From the NCBI RefSeq assembly GCF_030684315.1, contig NC_081363.1, positions 72,276,517 to 72,340,516 of the forward strand: DNA of 64,000 bases, read 5' to 3'. Position numbers and translations under genes: made by a program. The stretch comes from Stegostoma tigrinum. Taxonomy: Eukaryota. Positions within the stretch are counted from its first letter, which is position 1. Each line of letters opens with the position of its first letter. The notes under the pieces were generated by a model. The model had not been told where the DNA came from, did no database searches, and saw only the letters and a program-made list of their open reading frames with translations. Below, piece after piece: positions 26,501 to 40,680 of the stretch.

Positions 26501-26748
26501 CCTATCCCCTCCCTACCTCCCTACCTATACTCTCTCCACCTATCTTCTTTACTCTCCATCTTCGGTCCGCCTCCCCCTCTCTCCCTATTTATTCCAGCTC
26601 CCTCTCCCCATCCCCCTCTCTGATGAAGGGTCTAGGCCCGAAACATCAGCTTTTGTGCTCCTGAGATGCTGCTTGGCCTGCTGTGTTCATCCAGCCTCAC
26701 ATTTTATTATCTTGGAATTCTCCAGCATCTGCAGTTCCCATTATCTCT
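23527..26748. mobile_element. Neptune-type Penelope-like element in intron 1: inverted segment (~23527-24400) plus 5'-truncated direct copy (24401-26748)
   Basis: RT and GIY-YIG ORF, pLTR with hammerhead motif; flanked by cttggtcct(a/c)tgat at 23513-23526 and 26753-26766. Confidence 0.95.
24401..26395 (+). CDS. Penelope-like reverse transcriptase + GIY-YIG endonuclease ORF (5'-truncated, stop-free)
   Basis: KPADKG, LPKIHK, GRPIVS, MDVQSLY, GVAMG, RYIDD, Cys linker CNRRKCYTC, VVYCIHC..CGFLYIGET. Confidence 0.9.
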   Translation, partial: DRLNLSTPLTHSNLSPAERAALRSNPNLTIKPADKGGAVVVWRTDLYISDTTSYCLLDHDPTPKHQTIISNTIHDLITSGDLPPTASNLIVPQPRTARFYLLPKIHKPACPGRPIVSACSCPTELISTYLDSIFSPLVQELPTYVRDTTHALHLLQDFQFPGPQHLIFTMDVQSLYACIPHGDGLKALHFFLSRRPDQSPSTDTLIRLAELVLTLNNFSFDSSHFLQTKGVAMGTRMGPSYACLFVGYVEQSLFRTYTGPKPHLFLRYIDDCIGAASCSPEELEQFIHFTNTFHPNLQFTWAISRTSLTFLDLSVSISGNQLVTDVHFKPTDSHSYLEYTSSHPPSCKNSIPYSQFLCLRRICSHDKTFHSRTSQMSKFFKDCNFPPTVIENALDRVSRISRNTSLTPRPRHNRPKRIPLVLTHHPTNLRIQRIILRHLRHLQSDPTTQDIFPSAPLSAFRRDHSLRDSLVRSTLPSNPTTPGTFPCNRRKCYTCPHTSSLTPIAGPKMTFHIKQRFTCTSANVVYCIHCTRCGFLYIGETKRRLGDRFAEHLRSVRNKQLHLPVANHFHSPSHSLDDMSIMGLLQCHNDATRRLQEQQLIFCLGTLQPYGINVDFTSFKISPSPTASLIQPSSSPPPTAPHNQPSSSPPPTASQNQSNLSLPP

Positions 26749-27658
26749 GACCCTTGGTCCTCTGATGCTGCTTGGTCTGCTGTATTCATCCAACTCTACA
26801 CCTTGTTATCAAAGATCCTATGGTACTATTTTTTACAAAAGGAGCAGGGAGAACCTGGCTAATAGCAGTCAGTTTTATAAACTGTTCCTCTCTGCACAGA
26901 TGCTGCCAGACTGGCTGAGTTTCTCCAGCATTTTTGTTTTTGTTTCCTAAAATAAAGGTTGCCTGATTGTTATCTGACTGTCATGTTTGGATATCTGTGA
27001 GAGTTTGCTGAGCTGCATGTCTCCTACATTGTAAACTGTACCTGTGGAACACAACACTTGATTGGTTTTGAAATGCTTTGAGGCATCTATTTATCATGTA
27101 AAATGCTACAGGAATGTGTGTTTGTTTTGATTTGAGGTAATTTAATCAATTTATAACACTGTTGACAGTATTACAATGCAAATCTATTACTGTCCATATT
27201 TAAAGTTGCAAAAACATAAACAACTGGTTGAACTGTAGTTCTGAACAAACTAAGTAGATACTTTTAAGGGAGAAAGGAATGGGAAGTTATGCTGAAATGA
27301 AATTGGATAGAAGTACATGTGGAGCATAAACATGGACAAGTTGAGCCAAATTGCTGCCTTTTATGTTGTGTGTTGTGTTCAATGCACAGATTGTTGATGT
27401 TTTTAATCAACCTGTTGAGACACATAGTGACACACCTCTGGAGCCGGTGCGTCTTAAACCATGCTTTCTGACCGAGTGGTAAGGTCAGATTGGGTCATAA
27501 AACAGATTGCAAAATTATAGCTTCTAACGTAATTGAGACAGCTTATAGAAAAGACCTTGGCCGTTTTCACTGTGATACAACAATTTCAAACCGTTTTTAA
27601 AAACATTTCCCTAAGTTTATTAACAGTGGTTTATGTTTTATTTGTTCTGTTTCCTAAG

Positions 27659-27858
27659 GGGATGGCCCATTTCCTGGAGTGATCGATCTTTTTGGAGATG
27701 GAGGTCTGATTGAGTTCCGAGCATGTCTCCTTGCAAGCCGAGGCTTTGCTACTCTTGCTCTCCCTTACTTTGGTTTTGAAGATCTACCAATATCCATGAC
27801 TGATTTTCATTTAGAATACTTTGAAGAAGCTGTAAATTATCTAAAGAAACATCCAAAG
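27659..27858 (+). CDS. Acyl-CoA thioesterase paralog B, exon 2
   Basis: ttcctaAG acceptor; [38 protein letters not shown]...[17 protein letters not shown]; AAG|GTGAG donor; phases match exons 1 and 3. Confidence 0.93.
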
Positions 27859-27989
27859 GTGAGTTCTATACAATGGAAGCCCAGAGACTTAACTTGTTAT
27901 TGAACAATGTGTTTGCAGTTGTAATGTTCCTCAATGGAATTATTGAGATACACTTATGGGGTTTCTTTTACTTCAGATATCTTGATTCT

Positions 27990-28830
27990 AGCAGTGTCTG
28001 CTGCCATTCGGTTGGTGGCATTTTTATCTCTGACGAGTGGATTCAAGTTTGACTGTAGGACTTGAGCCCAAAATTCTAGGCTGATACCAACATATGGAGT
28101 TGAGGAAACGCTTTGTCAGCGGTGCTGTCTTTTGGATGTGTTTAAATCTGTGACTCATCTGCCTCCAAGTGAATAGATTAAAGGTCCATAGATCTGTTTT
28201 GAAGAAGAACTCTGACGAGACACTGGATGCTTTCTCTACATAGATGCTGTCAGATCGAATGATTTCTCCAGCAATTTTTGTTTGGGTATTACTGTCAGTA
28301 TTTAATTAATTCAGTGAAGTGGCTCAGTGATTAGTAAAGACAGCTGAGTAGTTAGCACTGCTTCCTCACAGCACCAGCGACCCAAGTTCAATTCCAGACA
28401 GAGTGACTGTCTGTGTGAAGTTTGCATGATCCAACCCTCTATGCATTGGTTTCTGCTGGATTTCTCTCACAGTCCAAAGGTTAGGTGTATTGGCCATTCT
28501 AAATTGTCTGTGGTGTCCAGGGATGTGCAGGTTAGTTGGGTTAGCCATGGTAAATACGGACTTGCGGGGTTAGGAAAGGGAGCTGATTCTGGGTGGCATG
28601 TTCTTCAGAGGGTCAGTGAAAACTGAATGGATTGAATGGCCTCTTTCTACACTCTAGGGGATCTGTACTCATTCTGAGACACATCATAGAAACATTTATC
28701 ATTTTGCTCTTTGCACAAATTGCTACCATATTTCCTGCGTTATGACATGGTAAAACTACAGCATTATCTGTAAAATACTTTAGGATGTTCTGTAGTTGGG
28801 AAAGTGCCATATAAATGCAAGTCCTTTCTC
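27990..28830 (+). mobile_element. Old DeuSINE/SacSINE1-like element interrupted by a V-SINE (~28318-28665) and a short PLE-derived piece
   Basis: 'gtgctgtcttttggatg...gaagaaga' core and 'atataaatgcaagt' tail, recognised from memory; duplicated at +16824. Confidence 0.5.
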
Positions 28831-31175
28831 ATTGTGCCAGGCTTCCCACGGAGACCGCCTTAGCCAAGTTCTGTACTTTTCTTCAGTTATTCTTCTCCCT
28901 CATTCAATACCCTTTCTGAAATCATCTAAGTAACCGCTTGCTGTCTTGAGCCAAATCCCTCAGAAATACTGCCTAAATAACATCCATTCCTGTCCTTTCC
29001 CAATTTGACTCAATGGAAAATGTTTCTGTCTTTCCCTCCCTACTTCCCTCCATTTCAAAACTCCTCAACGTATCCCAACTTTAAACTACTGCTCCATTCA
29101 CATCTCTGCCATGTCGTCAACCACTGAGTCCATTACACCTAATACCCTTCTTTCTCTCCCTACTTTGCCAGCAGCAATTTTGCATTCTAATGACTCCAAT
29201 CTCTTGCATATCTCCTTCCTATTTCCCTATCATTAGCAGCCACGGTTAACAGCTGTTGGTGTGTCTCATGCTGACTTCTCTCCTCGCAGCTGCTCCACCT
29301 CACTCACCTTCATTGAAAGACTTTTTAAAGCGTACCATCTTAGCTACCTAATAATACCTTCACTGACCTAACATCAGTTTTTGTCTGATTTCTTCTCTGT
29401 GAAGGATAAGGATGCTTTTCACTATCTATATGCATATTTGTAAGCGTGTATTCGTGCAGGCTGTTGTCTGGGTCAAGTGTCTTCACTTTGCATTAAAAGG
29501 TTCAAGTAGCAGTGGTCCCACAGGACAATAGGGCTGCTATCTCACTGGAGAGAGATGGCTGGTGGTGGTTTAACCTGAGGGTCACTATGCCTCAGTCGAA
29601 GAGAGAAGTTAAGTCGGTGATTCCTTCAAAGTAACCTCAGCTGGTGCAGCAATTGAACCCACCCACACTTCTGGCATCACTCTGCATTGCAAACAGCCAT
29701 TCAGCAATTTTACCCTCATTCCCAGTTCAAAATTCAGGGATTCCTGATATAAGAAGTCAAGCTAGTGTGCTGTTGATCAGATTAAAGGACTCCTGCAGCC
29801 AGGAAGATTCAAATTCGGAGTTGGCCAGCTGTTTGCTCAGCTGCTGAAATGACTTCATGGACCTTAAAGTGCTGTGTGGGAGCCCCACAATTGTTTAATT
29901 ATTGAAGTGATTATCAGTCCACCAACACTTTGGGCAACTGCTGCTGCCACCAAGAACAAGTCATTCACATCTTTCTGCTTTTCCAAAGGTGAAAAATATG
30001 AATACACCAAGAATGTTTGAGATTCCCAATCATCATGGATTATGTCACACACCCAGTCAATATTTTTATGGGGGAGTCACTTTCCTTCTTGTGTTTTGGA
30101 CCTGGATTTTTGAGCCTGATATAAAGGAAATAACTTGCTTTAGTATAATGCCTTTAATAAACATAAGAGATTCCAAAACACTTCACAGTTAATGAGCCCA
30201 TTGGAACTTACATCAGCATTTTAATATGGCAGTCCACTGTGCTGAAATAGACTTGGAAACAGATTGTGTAAGGTGGTAAGAAGCTTTCAGCGAAGGAGAG
30301 AATTTGGACCCCGAGACCCAGATAACTTTCTTTTCCAGGAAAGTGAGGTTGGCAATCACAGGCCAATTAGCATCTTTAGCCTGATTTATGTTTGAATTAA
30401 GGATAACATTTCACTTGTCAAAACTATTTTGAACTGGGATTTCAAAAGATGATATTCAAGTTTAACCTGTTTTCAGGAAGAAACAGGTGATTGCACAAAT
30501 ATTTTTAAAATGTTGACAAGTAAGCTGGTAACACTTCATCAGTCAACATATCACAATCTCTTAATGGAAATGTTTTTATTTTGGATGATTACATCTTTGT
30601 GGGGAAAAAAAACTGAAAAGAGATTGCTGGATTTGGTTTATCCACAATCAAACAACACATTATTATGTGTGGGTTTGAATCTCAGTTTTCTCTTCATCTT
30701 AGTTGGCTTCTCCCTCCCATTAATTGTTGCATATCTCCTCTTTTTCAATATGTTGTTCTCACAACTGTTCCTTGATGACATTCAAATGTATTTTTCAGGT
30801 CTGTTGCTTAGTCAACAAACACACTAGGTCCCTTTATCACCACAACATTGTTAAATCATGGTGTGCAATCATATTCTTATCCTAAATGATGGTGACCCAA
30901 GGGAAATAAATTGCTTCTTGATTGAATGTTCCTTTTCATGATATGTTCTTCAATTCTGTTTAAGTACATCATTTTTGAAGGTTACTTTTGATGATTTCTA
31001 ATATTGAAATTGAAATGAAGCTAATATTTGCTGTATCATTTCTTAACACACTTCACTGTCAGTGTTACAAATAAATAGTTTTTTTAATGCTTTTTTTTTA
31101 CATGAATACTGAAGGAACACACAGGAATTATTTAGACTTAACGTATGTTGCAATAATAGATTTTGAATTTTTTAG

Positions 31176-31745
31176 GTGAAGGGACCAGGTATTGGCGTAA
31201 TCGGATCTTCAAAAGGTGGAGATTTGGCTCTATCAATGGTCACGTTTTTACCACAAGTTGTAGCATCCGTTTGTATCTCTGGCTGCCACGCAAACACTAT
31301 GACTGATTTGCATTATAAAGGTATACATCTCCTCAGCTTGAGTTACGATGTAGATCGTATCGTTGTTTTGGACTCAGGAATTCTAGATATGTCCGAAACA
31401 CTTGAAAACCCCAGTACAAACAAAGGCAGCATCATCCCGTTGGAAAAAGCTGAAGGACACATCTTGTTTGTGGTGGGCGAAGGTGACAAGATCTGGAACA
31501 GCAAACAGTTTGCTGATGAGGCAATAAAAAGACTGAAAAAAAACGGCAAGGACAACTATAAGCTGCTTAGTTATCCAGGAGCTGGGCACTGTATTGAACC
31601 TCCTTGTTCTCCATTTCGTCCTGCCAAGATTGATCGGTTGTATGGACTTCCAGTGCTGTTGGGGGGAGAGGCATTAAAACACTGCTCTGCTCAACAAGAT
31701 GCTTGGGAAAAAATTCAAGACTTCCTACGTTTACATCTAGGTTGA
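31176..31745 (+). CDS. Acyl-CoA thioesterase paralog B, exon 3 (catalytic alpha/beta-hydrolase part)
   Basis: ttttAG acceptor; nucleophile motif GSSKG, Asp in VGEGD, His in YPGAGH; TGA stop; ends LHLG with no PTS1. Confidence 0.95.
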   Translation: MKGPGIGVIGSSKGGDLALSMVTFLPQVVASVCISGCHANTMTDLHYKGIHLLSLSYDVDRIVVLDSGILDMSETLENPSTNKGSIIPLEKAEGHILFVVGEGDKIWNSKQFADEAIKRLKKNGKDNYKLLSYPGAGHCIEPPCSPFRPAKIDRLYGLPVLLGGEALKHCSAQQDAWEKIQDFLRLHLG

Positions 31746-32039
31746 AATGATTTGGATTTAACAAGATTCCTCTTTACCTAATGCATGTTATTTAGTATAA
31801 TATGTTGTCATAAACTGCATAGTAATTATTTAATATGATCCACTACATGTAAGGAAGACAGTCCAAGACTTTCTGAAATTTGTATTTCCAACCACCAGTA
31901 TCTCTATTTTTTGGGTGAGGGTGGAAAAATTAAACTTTAACTTAATGCCACAGTGTCAAAATATTTCTTCCTTTATTGAGTAGTTCACATTTGCACTGAA
32001 ACTATTTTGCATTTTTCATCAATCTTCACTGCAATGGGT

Positions 32040-33540
32040 ACAGGTAACATTCCAGCAAAAGCTGAAAATTGGAAAATAGAAGTGATGGAAGATCACAGGA
32101 AACTTAGTCACCCAGGAAGTAATTTGAACAAATTGTTGAAGCTGGAGCTGACAAGTACCTCAGTACTGATAGGCTTCATACGATGGTGTTAAAGGGCGTG
32201 ACTAGTCAGATAATTGATGCATTGATTCTAATATTTCAAAATTCCCGAGAATAGGGATATGTACCATTAGATCGGAAGATAGGGAATATAAAAGGGAGGG
32301 AAATGGGAAGCAGGGAACAAGTCGACTAGCTTAATTACTGTCATAGGAGAAAAAGAAGCGATTTTTAAAGATATTCCAGCAAGGCACTTTATTTTTTAAA
32401 AAAATTAAGGTAATCTGGCAGAGTCAACATGGTTTTGTGAAAAGAAAATCATGTCTAACCAACTTATTGTGGTTCTTTCAGGAAATAACATGCTCCACAT
32501 AAAGGGAAACTGGTGGATGTGCTGCATTTAGATTTCCCGAAGGCATTACTAAGGAGTCACATGAAAGGTCTTATTGCGTATAAAGGTACTGTGTAAGGGG
32601 GTAACATTGACATGGATGGAAAATTGGCTAACAAACAGGAAATAGTTTTTCCAGAAGTGGGTGTCTTTTCTGATTGCCAAGATTTATAAGTGGTCTGTGA
32701 AGATCACTACTAGGCCTCAAATTGTGACAATTTAACTTTGGGATGAAGAGACTAAAGGTATGTTTGCTAAATTTATTGACACAAAGATAGGTAGAAAAGT
32801 AAGTTTTGACATGGACATAAAGAAATGAGTGAACAAAGGTCTGGTAAATCGGAGTATAATGAGAGAAAATGTGATGATGTCTGTATTGATAATAAAACAA
32901 ATGTATGTTATTTAATTGAGAGATTGTGGACGTCTGAGAAACGGAGGGATCTGGGTAGCTTCCGATATTAGTTATGAAATGTTAGTGTGCAGGAGTAGCA
33001 AATAATTAGCAAAATTAATAGCGTATTATTGATTACAAGGGGAATTGAATACTAAAGGAGAGTGGTAACACTACGTTCATTAAAGCTGAGGCCACCTTTA
33101 GAGTACTGTGTATCATTTAGGTCTCCTTATTTAAGAAAGGATGTAAACATGTTGGATGCAGTTAAGGTTTATTGGACTGATGCTTACAATTGGCAGGTTG
33201 TCTTATGATAAAAGTGTGGACAAGCTAGACTTGCCTTCACTGGAATTTAGAAGGTTAAGATATGACTAGATTGAAGCATGTAGAATCCTAAAGCGTCTTT
33301 ATAGTGTAGATTTGAAGAGGATATTGCCTTTTGTGGGAGAATGTACAGTTAGGAGTCACTCATAACATAGATGAGGTGAAACCAAATGTGGATATTTTTA
33401 TGGCAGAGGTGGATAGATTCTTGCCAGGAGGTGAAAGGCTGTGGGAGGATTAGGCAGGAATGTGAAGATGAAGTCCTGATCAGAACAGCCAAGATATTAT
33501 TAAATGGAGGAGCAAGCTATTCCTACTGCTAAACCTTCAT
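32040..33540 (+). mobile_element. Highly decayed CR1 LINE
   Basis: Remnants such as 'gagtcaacatggttttgtgaa', 'tttagatttcccgaaggcatt', 'gctaaatttattgacacaaag'. Confidence 0.65.
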
Positions 33541-33817
33541 TTTGTATGGAACTGAAAAAAATTTACTTCTCAGATTTCATTTTGTTTTATCCGCCTTTCC
33601 TCCTCACTACACCTAAAGATGTTGATGCAGGTTAGACTTCGGTGTCATGGCTTCCAACTAAACATTCATTATCTGTAACCATAGACTGTGAATGTTCACT
33701 GCCAACTTAGTCCTATTTACTGAGCTGGGTGAAGTGTGGAGAAATTCACAGCTGAGCCTTGTTTACTCCTACTGTGCATAGTGCATTTCAAGCATAGATT
33801 GAGCATTGTTGGGTAAG

Positions 33818-36720
33818 AATCATAGAACAATACAGCGCAGAACAGGCCCTTCGGCCCTCGATGTTGTGCTGACCTGTGAACTAATCTAAGCCCCTCCCCT
33901 TACACTGTCCCATCATTATCCATATGCTTATCCAAGGACTGTTTAAATGCACCTAATGTGGCTGAGTTAACTACGTTGGCAGGCAGGCCATTCCATGCCC
34001 TTACCACTCTGAGTAAAGAACCTACCTCTGACATCTGTCTTAAATCTATCACCCCTCAATTTGTAGCTATGACCCCTTGTATATGCTGAAGTCATCATCC
34101 TCGGAAAAAGACTGTCACTGTCCACCCTACCTAATCCTCTGATCATCTTGTAGGTTTCTATTAAATCCCCTCTTAGCCTCCTTCTCTCCAGTGAGAACAG
34201 ACCCAAGTCCCTCAGCCTTTCTTCATAGGGCCTGCGCTCCAGGCCAGGCAACATCTTGGTAAATCTCCTCGGTACCTTTTCCACTGCTTCCACATCCTTC
34301 CTCTAATGGGGTGACCAGAACTGCACGCAATATTCCAAATGAGGCTGCAATAGCATTTTGTACAGTTGCAGCATGACATCACGGCTCCGGAACTCAATCC
34401 CTCTTCCAATAAAACCTTAAACACCGTAAGCCGCCTTAACAGCACTATCAACCTTGCTGGCAACTTTCAGGGATCTATGTACATGGACACCAAGATCCCT
34501 CTGCACATCTACACTACCAAGAATCTTTCCATTTATCCGGTATTTTGCCTTCCTATTATTCCTCCCAAAGTGAATCACCTCACGTTTATCCGTATTAAAC
34601 CCCATTTGCCACCTTTCAGCCCTTTCACCTTTCTGCAGTTTATTCAAGTCTCCCTGCAACATTCTTCCACACTCTCCACCACTCCATCGACTTTAGTGTC
34701 ATCTGCAAACTTACTAACCCATCCACCAATGCCTGCGTCCAAGTCATTTATAAAAATGACAAACAGCAGTGGTCCCAAAACAGATCCTTGAGGCACACCA
34801 CTAGTAACTGGACTCCAGGCTCAATATTTTCCATCAACCACCACTCGTTGCCTTCTTACAGAAAGCCAGTTTCTAATCCAAACTGCTAAATCTCCCTCAA
34901 TCCCGTGCCTCTGTATTTTCTCCAATAGCCTATCATGTGGATCCTTATCCAAGGCTTTACCAAAGTCCATGTACACCACGTCAACTGTCCTACCCTCATC
35001 CACATGCTTGGTCACCTTCTCCAAAAAACTCAGAGGTTTGTGAGACACAGCCTGCCCTTGACAAATCCATGCTGACTATCTCCCATCATATTGTTGCTTG
35101 CTAGATGATTATAAATTCCTAATTCTTATAATCCTTTCCAAAACTTTTCCTACAACAGACATAAGGCTCACAGGTCTGTAATTACCTGGGTCGTCCCTAC
35201 TGCCCTTCTTGAACAAGGGCACAACATTTGCAATCCTCCAGTTCTCTGGTACTAAACCTGTAGACAATGAGGACTCAAAGATCAATGCCAAAGGCTCCGC
35301 CACCACCTCCCTAGCTTCGCAGACAATCCTCGGAAAAATCCCATCTGACCCAGGGATTTATCTCCCTTCACACCTTCTAGAATTGATAACGCCTCCTCCT
35401 TACTTAATCTTAACCTTAATCCTTTCAATTCTAGTAGCCTGTAACTCAGTGATCCCCTCTACAATATTCTCCTGTTCCTCCGTGAAAACAGATGAGAAAT
35501 AATCATTTAGCACCTCTCCACTCTCCACAGGGTCCGCACACAATTTACCACCTCTGTCTTTGACTGGCCCTATTCCTCCCCAGTCATCCTCTTATTCCTG
35601 ACATACCTGTAGAAAGCTTTAGGGTTCTCCTTTATTCTACCAGCCACTGTCCAGTCACGTCCCCTCCTTGCTCTTAACTGTCTCTTTAAATCCTTCCGAG
35701 CTAATCTGTAACTCTCCATCGCCTCATCTGAACCATCGTGTCTCATCGTCACATAAGCCTCCCTCTTCCACTTAACAAGAGATACAATTTCTTTCGTAAA
35801 CCACAGTTCCCTTACCTTATCGCTTCCTCCCTGCCTGACAGGGACATACCTATCAAGGGCACACAATATCTGTTCCTTAAACCAGCTCCACATTTTTGAT
35901 TGTCCCCATCCCCTGCGTTTTGCTAACCCATTGTATGCCTCCTAAGTCTTGCCTAATCACATTATAATTGCTCTTCCCCCATCTATAACTCTTGCCGAAT
36001 GGCATATTCCTACCCCTTTCCATTGCTAAAGTAAACATAACCAAATTATGGTCACTCTCTCCAAAGTGCTCACCTTCCACTAAATCAAACACCTGGCCTG
36101 GTTCATTACCAAGTACCAGATCCAGTGTGGCCTCCCCTCTTGTCGGCCCTTTGACGTACTGAGTCAGGAAACCCTCCTGCACACATTGGACAAAAACTGA
36201 TCCATCAGACATGCTAGAGTTATAGCATTTCAAGTCAATGTTAGGGAAGTTAAAGTCTTCCATAATGACTACCCTGTTCTTTTCACTCCTGCCCAGAATA
36301 GTTTTGCTGATCCTCTCCTCCACACCCCTGGAACTTTGTGGGGGCCGATTAAAAACTCCCAGCAGTGTTACCTCTCCCCTCCTGTTTCTGACCTCAGCCT
36401 ATACCACCTCGGTAGATGAGTCCTCATCAAAAGTTCTTTCAGCCACTGTTATACTGTCCTTGACTGACAAAGCCAAACCTCCCCCTCTTTTACCACCTTC
36501 CTTGACCTTAATTGAAAGATCTAAACCCTGGAACCTGCAACATTCATTCCTGACCCTTCTCTATCAATGTCTCCGAAATGGCCACAACATCGAAGTCCCA
36601 GGTACCTTATCCAAGCTGCAAGCTCACCTACCTTTATTCTGGATATTCCTGGTGTTAAAGTAGACACACTTCAACCCAGCTTGCTGTCTGCCAGCACACT
36701 CGTGACAGTGAGGTCCTGTC
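33818..36720 (-). mobile_element. CR1 LINE ORF2 (APE endonuclease + RT), frameshifted
   Basis: VVIMEDFNFP, PTRGEATLDLVL, SDH, PGNYRPVSL, YMDFGKA; duplicated at 50642-53544. Confidence 0.9.
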
Positions 36721-37269
36721 CATGTCCTCCCTACGCTCATCCTCCTGTGTGCTAGTGGACATTGTCATCGTGGTTCTCTCTTGCTGCACTCTGTCCCATA
36801 TTCTATGGATGATACTGCCCTTTTTCTCCAGTCTCAGCTATTTGTATGAAGGTTTCATAAGAAGATTAGACCTTCTTCAAATGGCTAGATTAGCTAAAAT
36901 GTTCAAAAGTGAGATTGTTAATTTTTTGTTAGATAAGAATATCAAAGCAAGTTAGCGATGGCTGAAGGGAAATTTACTTGTACCACATAATATCATGAGA
37001 GCTCTATACAGACAAGATGAAAGTGACTTATTAGGAGAAGACAATAACCAGGGTGCATAAAGATATATGGCATGGAAACAGGCCATTTTCTTGCCTTATC
37101 TACACCTGCCATCATATCTTTTATTCCTGCCATTGGGTAATTTTTATTTTCAGAATTTCTATTGGGTGTGTCAGGAATGATCTTTTGTCAGAGGCCTCCA
37201 GAGGAAATGTTCTCTCTGTATCCAATTTTACCTAACCCCATCCCCCTAATCATTTCTATCCTGCTCTCC

Positions 37270-40200
37270 CTACCCACCTTGAACTTGGTTGAACTCTTCA
37301 AAGAGGTGACTAAAGTAGTGAACAATGGAATGTATTTGATTTTTTAAATTTGGATATTCGGATGCCATTTGATATAGTATCAATACAGACCTTTGGCTGA
37401 AGTTGAGTCTCAAGCACAGAAGAAATGAGAGCACAAGCATGCCATTCAGCCCCTTGAGCCTGCTCTGACATTTGGTAGGATCATGAAAGATCTGATTGTG
37501 GCCTTAACTCAATTTTTCTGCCTGACACACTTTCCCCATCCAATAACCCTTGATTTCCTTGTCAATCAAATGTCCATCTAACTCAGACTTGAATATTTTC
37601 AATAAACTAACTTCTGCTGCTCTCTGAGAAAGGGAATTCCTGGGAGGTATAATGCTCCGAAAATAAAAGTCCTCATTTGTCTTAAGTGAGAGACCTACTC
37701 TTTAAATTGTTCCCCGTTTCTAAACTCTCTCACAAAGGAAGCATCTTCTCAGCATTTATCCAATCAAATCCCCGAAGAATCTTCAATAAAATCTCCTTTT
37801 ATCCTTCTAAATTCCAATGGTGACTGCTCAACCTTTCCTCATACCATGACACCTTCATCCTCAGAAAATGCTAAACGAGCCTTCTTTGAATTTACTCTAC
37901 TGCAGTTATTAAAGAAAGGATATGAGAGTCCAAAACTACATGATACTCCAAGTAGAGTCTCTAAGGCCTTGCACGAAAGCCAAAGTCCCCACCTTGTATT
38001 GTATTCCATTTGAATTTTTTAAATAGACTACTGTGATTGTTATGCCCACATTTTGTTATTCATGTGTCAGATCGTGCATTGTGTACATCATGTATCAGAT
38101 CCCTTCATCCAAAAGTTCTCCAATCTCTCTCTTCAAATAACTTTAAATGGATTGAAGACAAATGATTGGTGGCGAAATTAGCTGAGTAGCAGGAGGTAGA
38201 GTGGGGATAATAGATTGGAATGCTAAATGGCAGGATGTGACATGTGGAGTCCTCAAGAGACACGTTTGAATTCTCAGTTATCCACTGAATTTATTAACAA
38301 CACAGACGGGATTGAAATGATATATCGAAATTTACCAATGACACAAAGTTAAGTGGCATTGTACATAGTATAAATAGAAGCATAAAATTTCAAAGAAATC
38401 TGATTGGTTATTTGAATGAGAAAAATTGTGGGAAATAGATTACAATGTTGAAGAAGTGATGTCATCTGCTTTGTGTTTAACAAAGATAGAATAGGATGCT
38501 TTCTAAAGTGAGAACGAGAAACAGAAACAGAAAAGAGAAACAGAAGGGGTCCGAAGAAAGTTAAAGAATTGGGCACGTAGAATATTAAAATGTCAAAAAA
38601 CATGAGAAAAATAATTAGAATGATTAATGATTACTGGCCTTACATCTTCAGACTCATACTCAACAATTTCATAGATGTGCCAATCCTTAGACCACAGGTA
38701 GAGTGCTGCAAGGGTTCGGTGCAGCACACTTTGTGAGTGTTACAGTGATTTAGGAAGGAGTGCAGCATGGATTTACCAAAATAATACCTGACTGAAACAG
38801 TAAAGCTGTAAGATTTCACAAGCTATTGTTATATTGATTGCAATTTAGAAGGTTCAGGGGCTGATTTTATTTCAGTATTCAGGATGTTAGGGGAGACAGA
38901 TAGACACTGATTCCACCAGGGGATTTACATTCACTTTCAAAGTGGAACTTTTAGTGGTCTGATGGGTGAACAGGGATGATATTTCTATGACCTTGGAAAG
39001 GGCTTTAAAGTAACTGAGGGTTGGGTTGTGGAAGATTCAGAATAGGAGACGCCTATGCTTACAAAGCAAAAGGATATGGCAGCATTGCAGGGCAGGCCAG
39101 AGTAAGTCAGGAAAGGACAAAGTGTATAAGCATAAATGTGCTCATTTGTTTATAAGGCCTGGGTTCAAATCCCACCTACTCCAGAAGTGTGTAAAAATAT
39201 CTCTGAACATGTTGATAAGAAAATATCTATGAGCCATAAAAAAAAATCAAATGTGGGTAAATGATAAAAAGACAACATTAATGGCTTCTTACTTAAATAT
39301 GCATTGTATTCCCAAACATAATAAATGAATTAATGGAATAAATAGAGGTTAATGGTTGGAATGATCTTATAGCCATTACAGAGATATGGTTACAAGAAGA
39401 ACAAAGCTCGGACCTAAATGTTCGGGGGCATATGACTTTTTGAAAGGATAGGCAGGAAGGCAAGACTGATGGAGACAGCTTTGCTATACGAGATGGGTTA
39501 AGTATGATAGCAAGAAATAATGATGTGGAATTCGTACAGGTGGAGGTAAGAAGTACAAGGGAAAGAAGACCCCGATGGTAGTAACCTAAAGGTATCATAC
39601 CAAGTCGCTGTTGTGTAGGGCAGAGAATAAATCATTAGATATTAAGGGCATGTTTAAAACAAAAGTATGTTAATCATGGCAAACATTTAATCATCATGTA
39701 GATTGGGAAAATCAATTTAGTGGCGATAGCCACAAGGACGAATTCATTAAAGTGGATCTAAGAAAATTTCTTCATACAAAATGTTGTGCATCCAACTAGA
39801 GACTACGCTACTTTGGATTTGCCGATACATAATGAGCCAGGTTTAATAAATGATCTTGGACAAAAGATCCTCATAGGAACAGTGACCGTAACATGGTAGA
39901 AGTTAGTGTTCAGTTTGAGGAGGAGAAAACAGGGCAGAAACAATTGTGCCAAACTTATGTAAGGGTATTTGCAAACAGGTGTGTGTGGAATGGACTGGCA
40001 ATGGAGTTTAGCAGAAAAGTCGGTTAAGGTACAATGGCTGAAATTTAGGAATATAGTTTGTAATTGACAGTAAACATGTATGTTAGTGAGGAAGTAGGAT
40101 TTGAGGAAGTGGATAAAGTGATGCTTATCCAAATAAGTTAAAGATAATATCAAAGTGAAAAAAAAATTATACAATATGGCAAAGACTTGTGTTAAATCAG

Positions 40201-40380
40201 AGAATTAGGAAAATTTTAAAAACCACCAAAGCTTGATTGAAGAAATGGAGTAATAAGCTAAGAGGACAAATTAGCAAATATGATAAAAACAGTGAAAGCA
40301 TCTTGAATATATGAAAAGAATGAGATAGGCAAAAATGAAAATCGACTCCTTAGAGAACAAGGCTGGGGAATAATGATACT
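37270..40380. mobile_element. Nested decayed CR1 fragments, both orientations
   Basis: Endonuclease remnant 'gatcttatagccattacagagatatggttac' and RT remnants. Confidence 0.6.
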
Positions 40381-40680
40381 GGTGAGACAAAGTCTAGTGG
40401 TATTATTGGCTAGACTATTAATCCAGAAATTTAGCTGATGTTCTAGAGTTCCAGGTTCAAATCTCTCCAGGGCATATGGTGGAATTTCAATAATGAATCT
40501 GGAAGTAAGGGTCTAATGATGACCATGAAACCATTGTTGATATTCAGGAAAAGCCCCTCTGGATTTACTAATGTCCACTGGGAGGGGAATCTATCATCCT
40601 TACCTGGTGACTCCAAGGCCACAGTAATGTGGTTGACTGTTACTGACATACTCTGCCTCGTGTGCCATTAGGGATGGGCA

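Noticed and set aside
30510-30827. Hydrophobic 105-aa ORF in intron 2 (duplicate at 47334)
   Set aside because: T-rich intronic sequence with no recognisable motif; it recurs only because of the segmental duplication.
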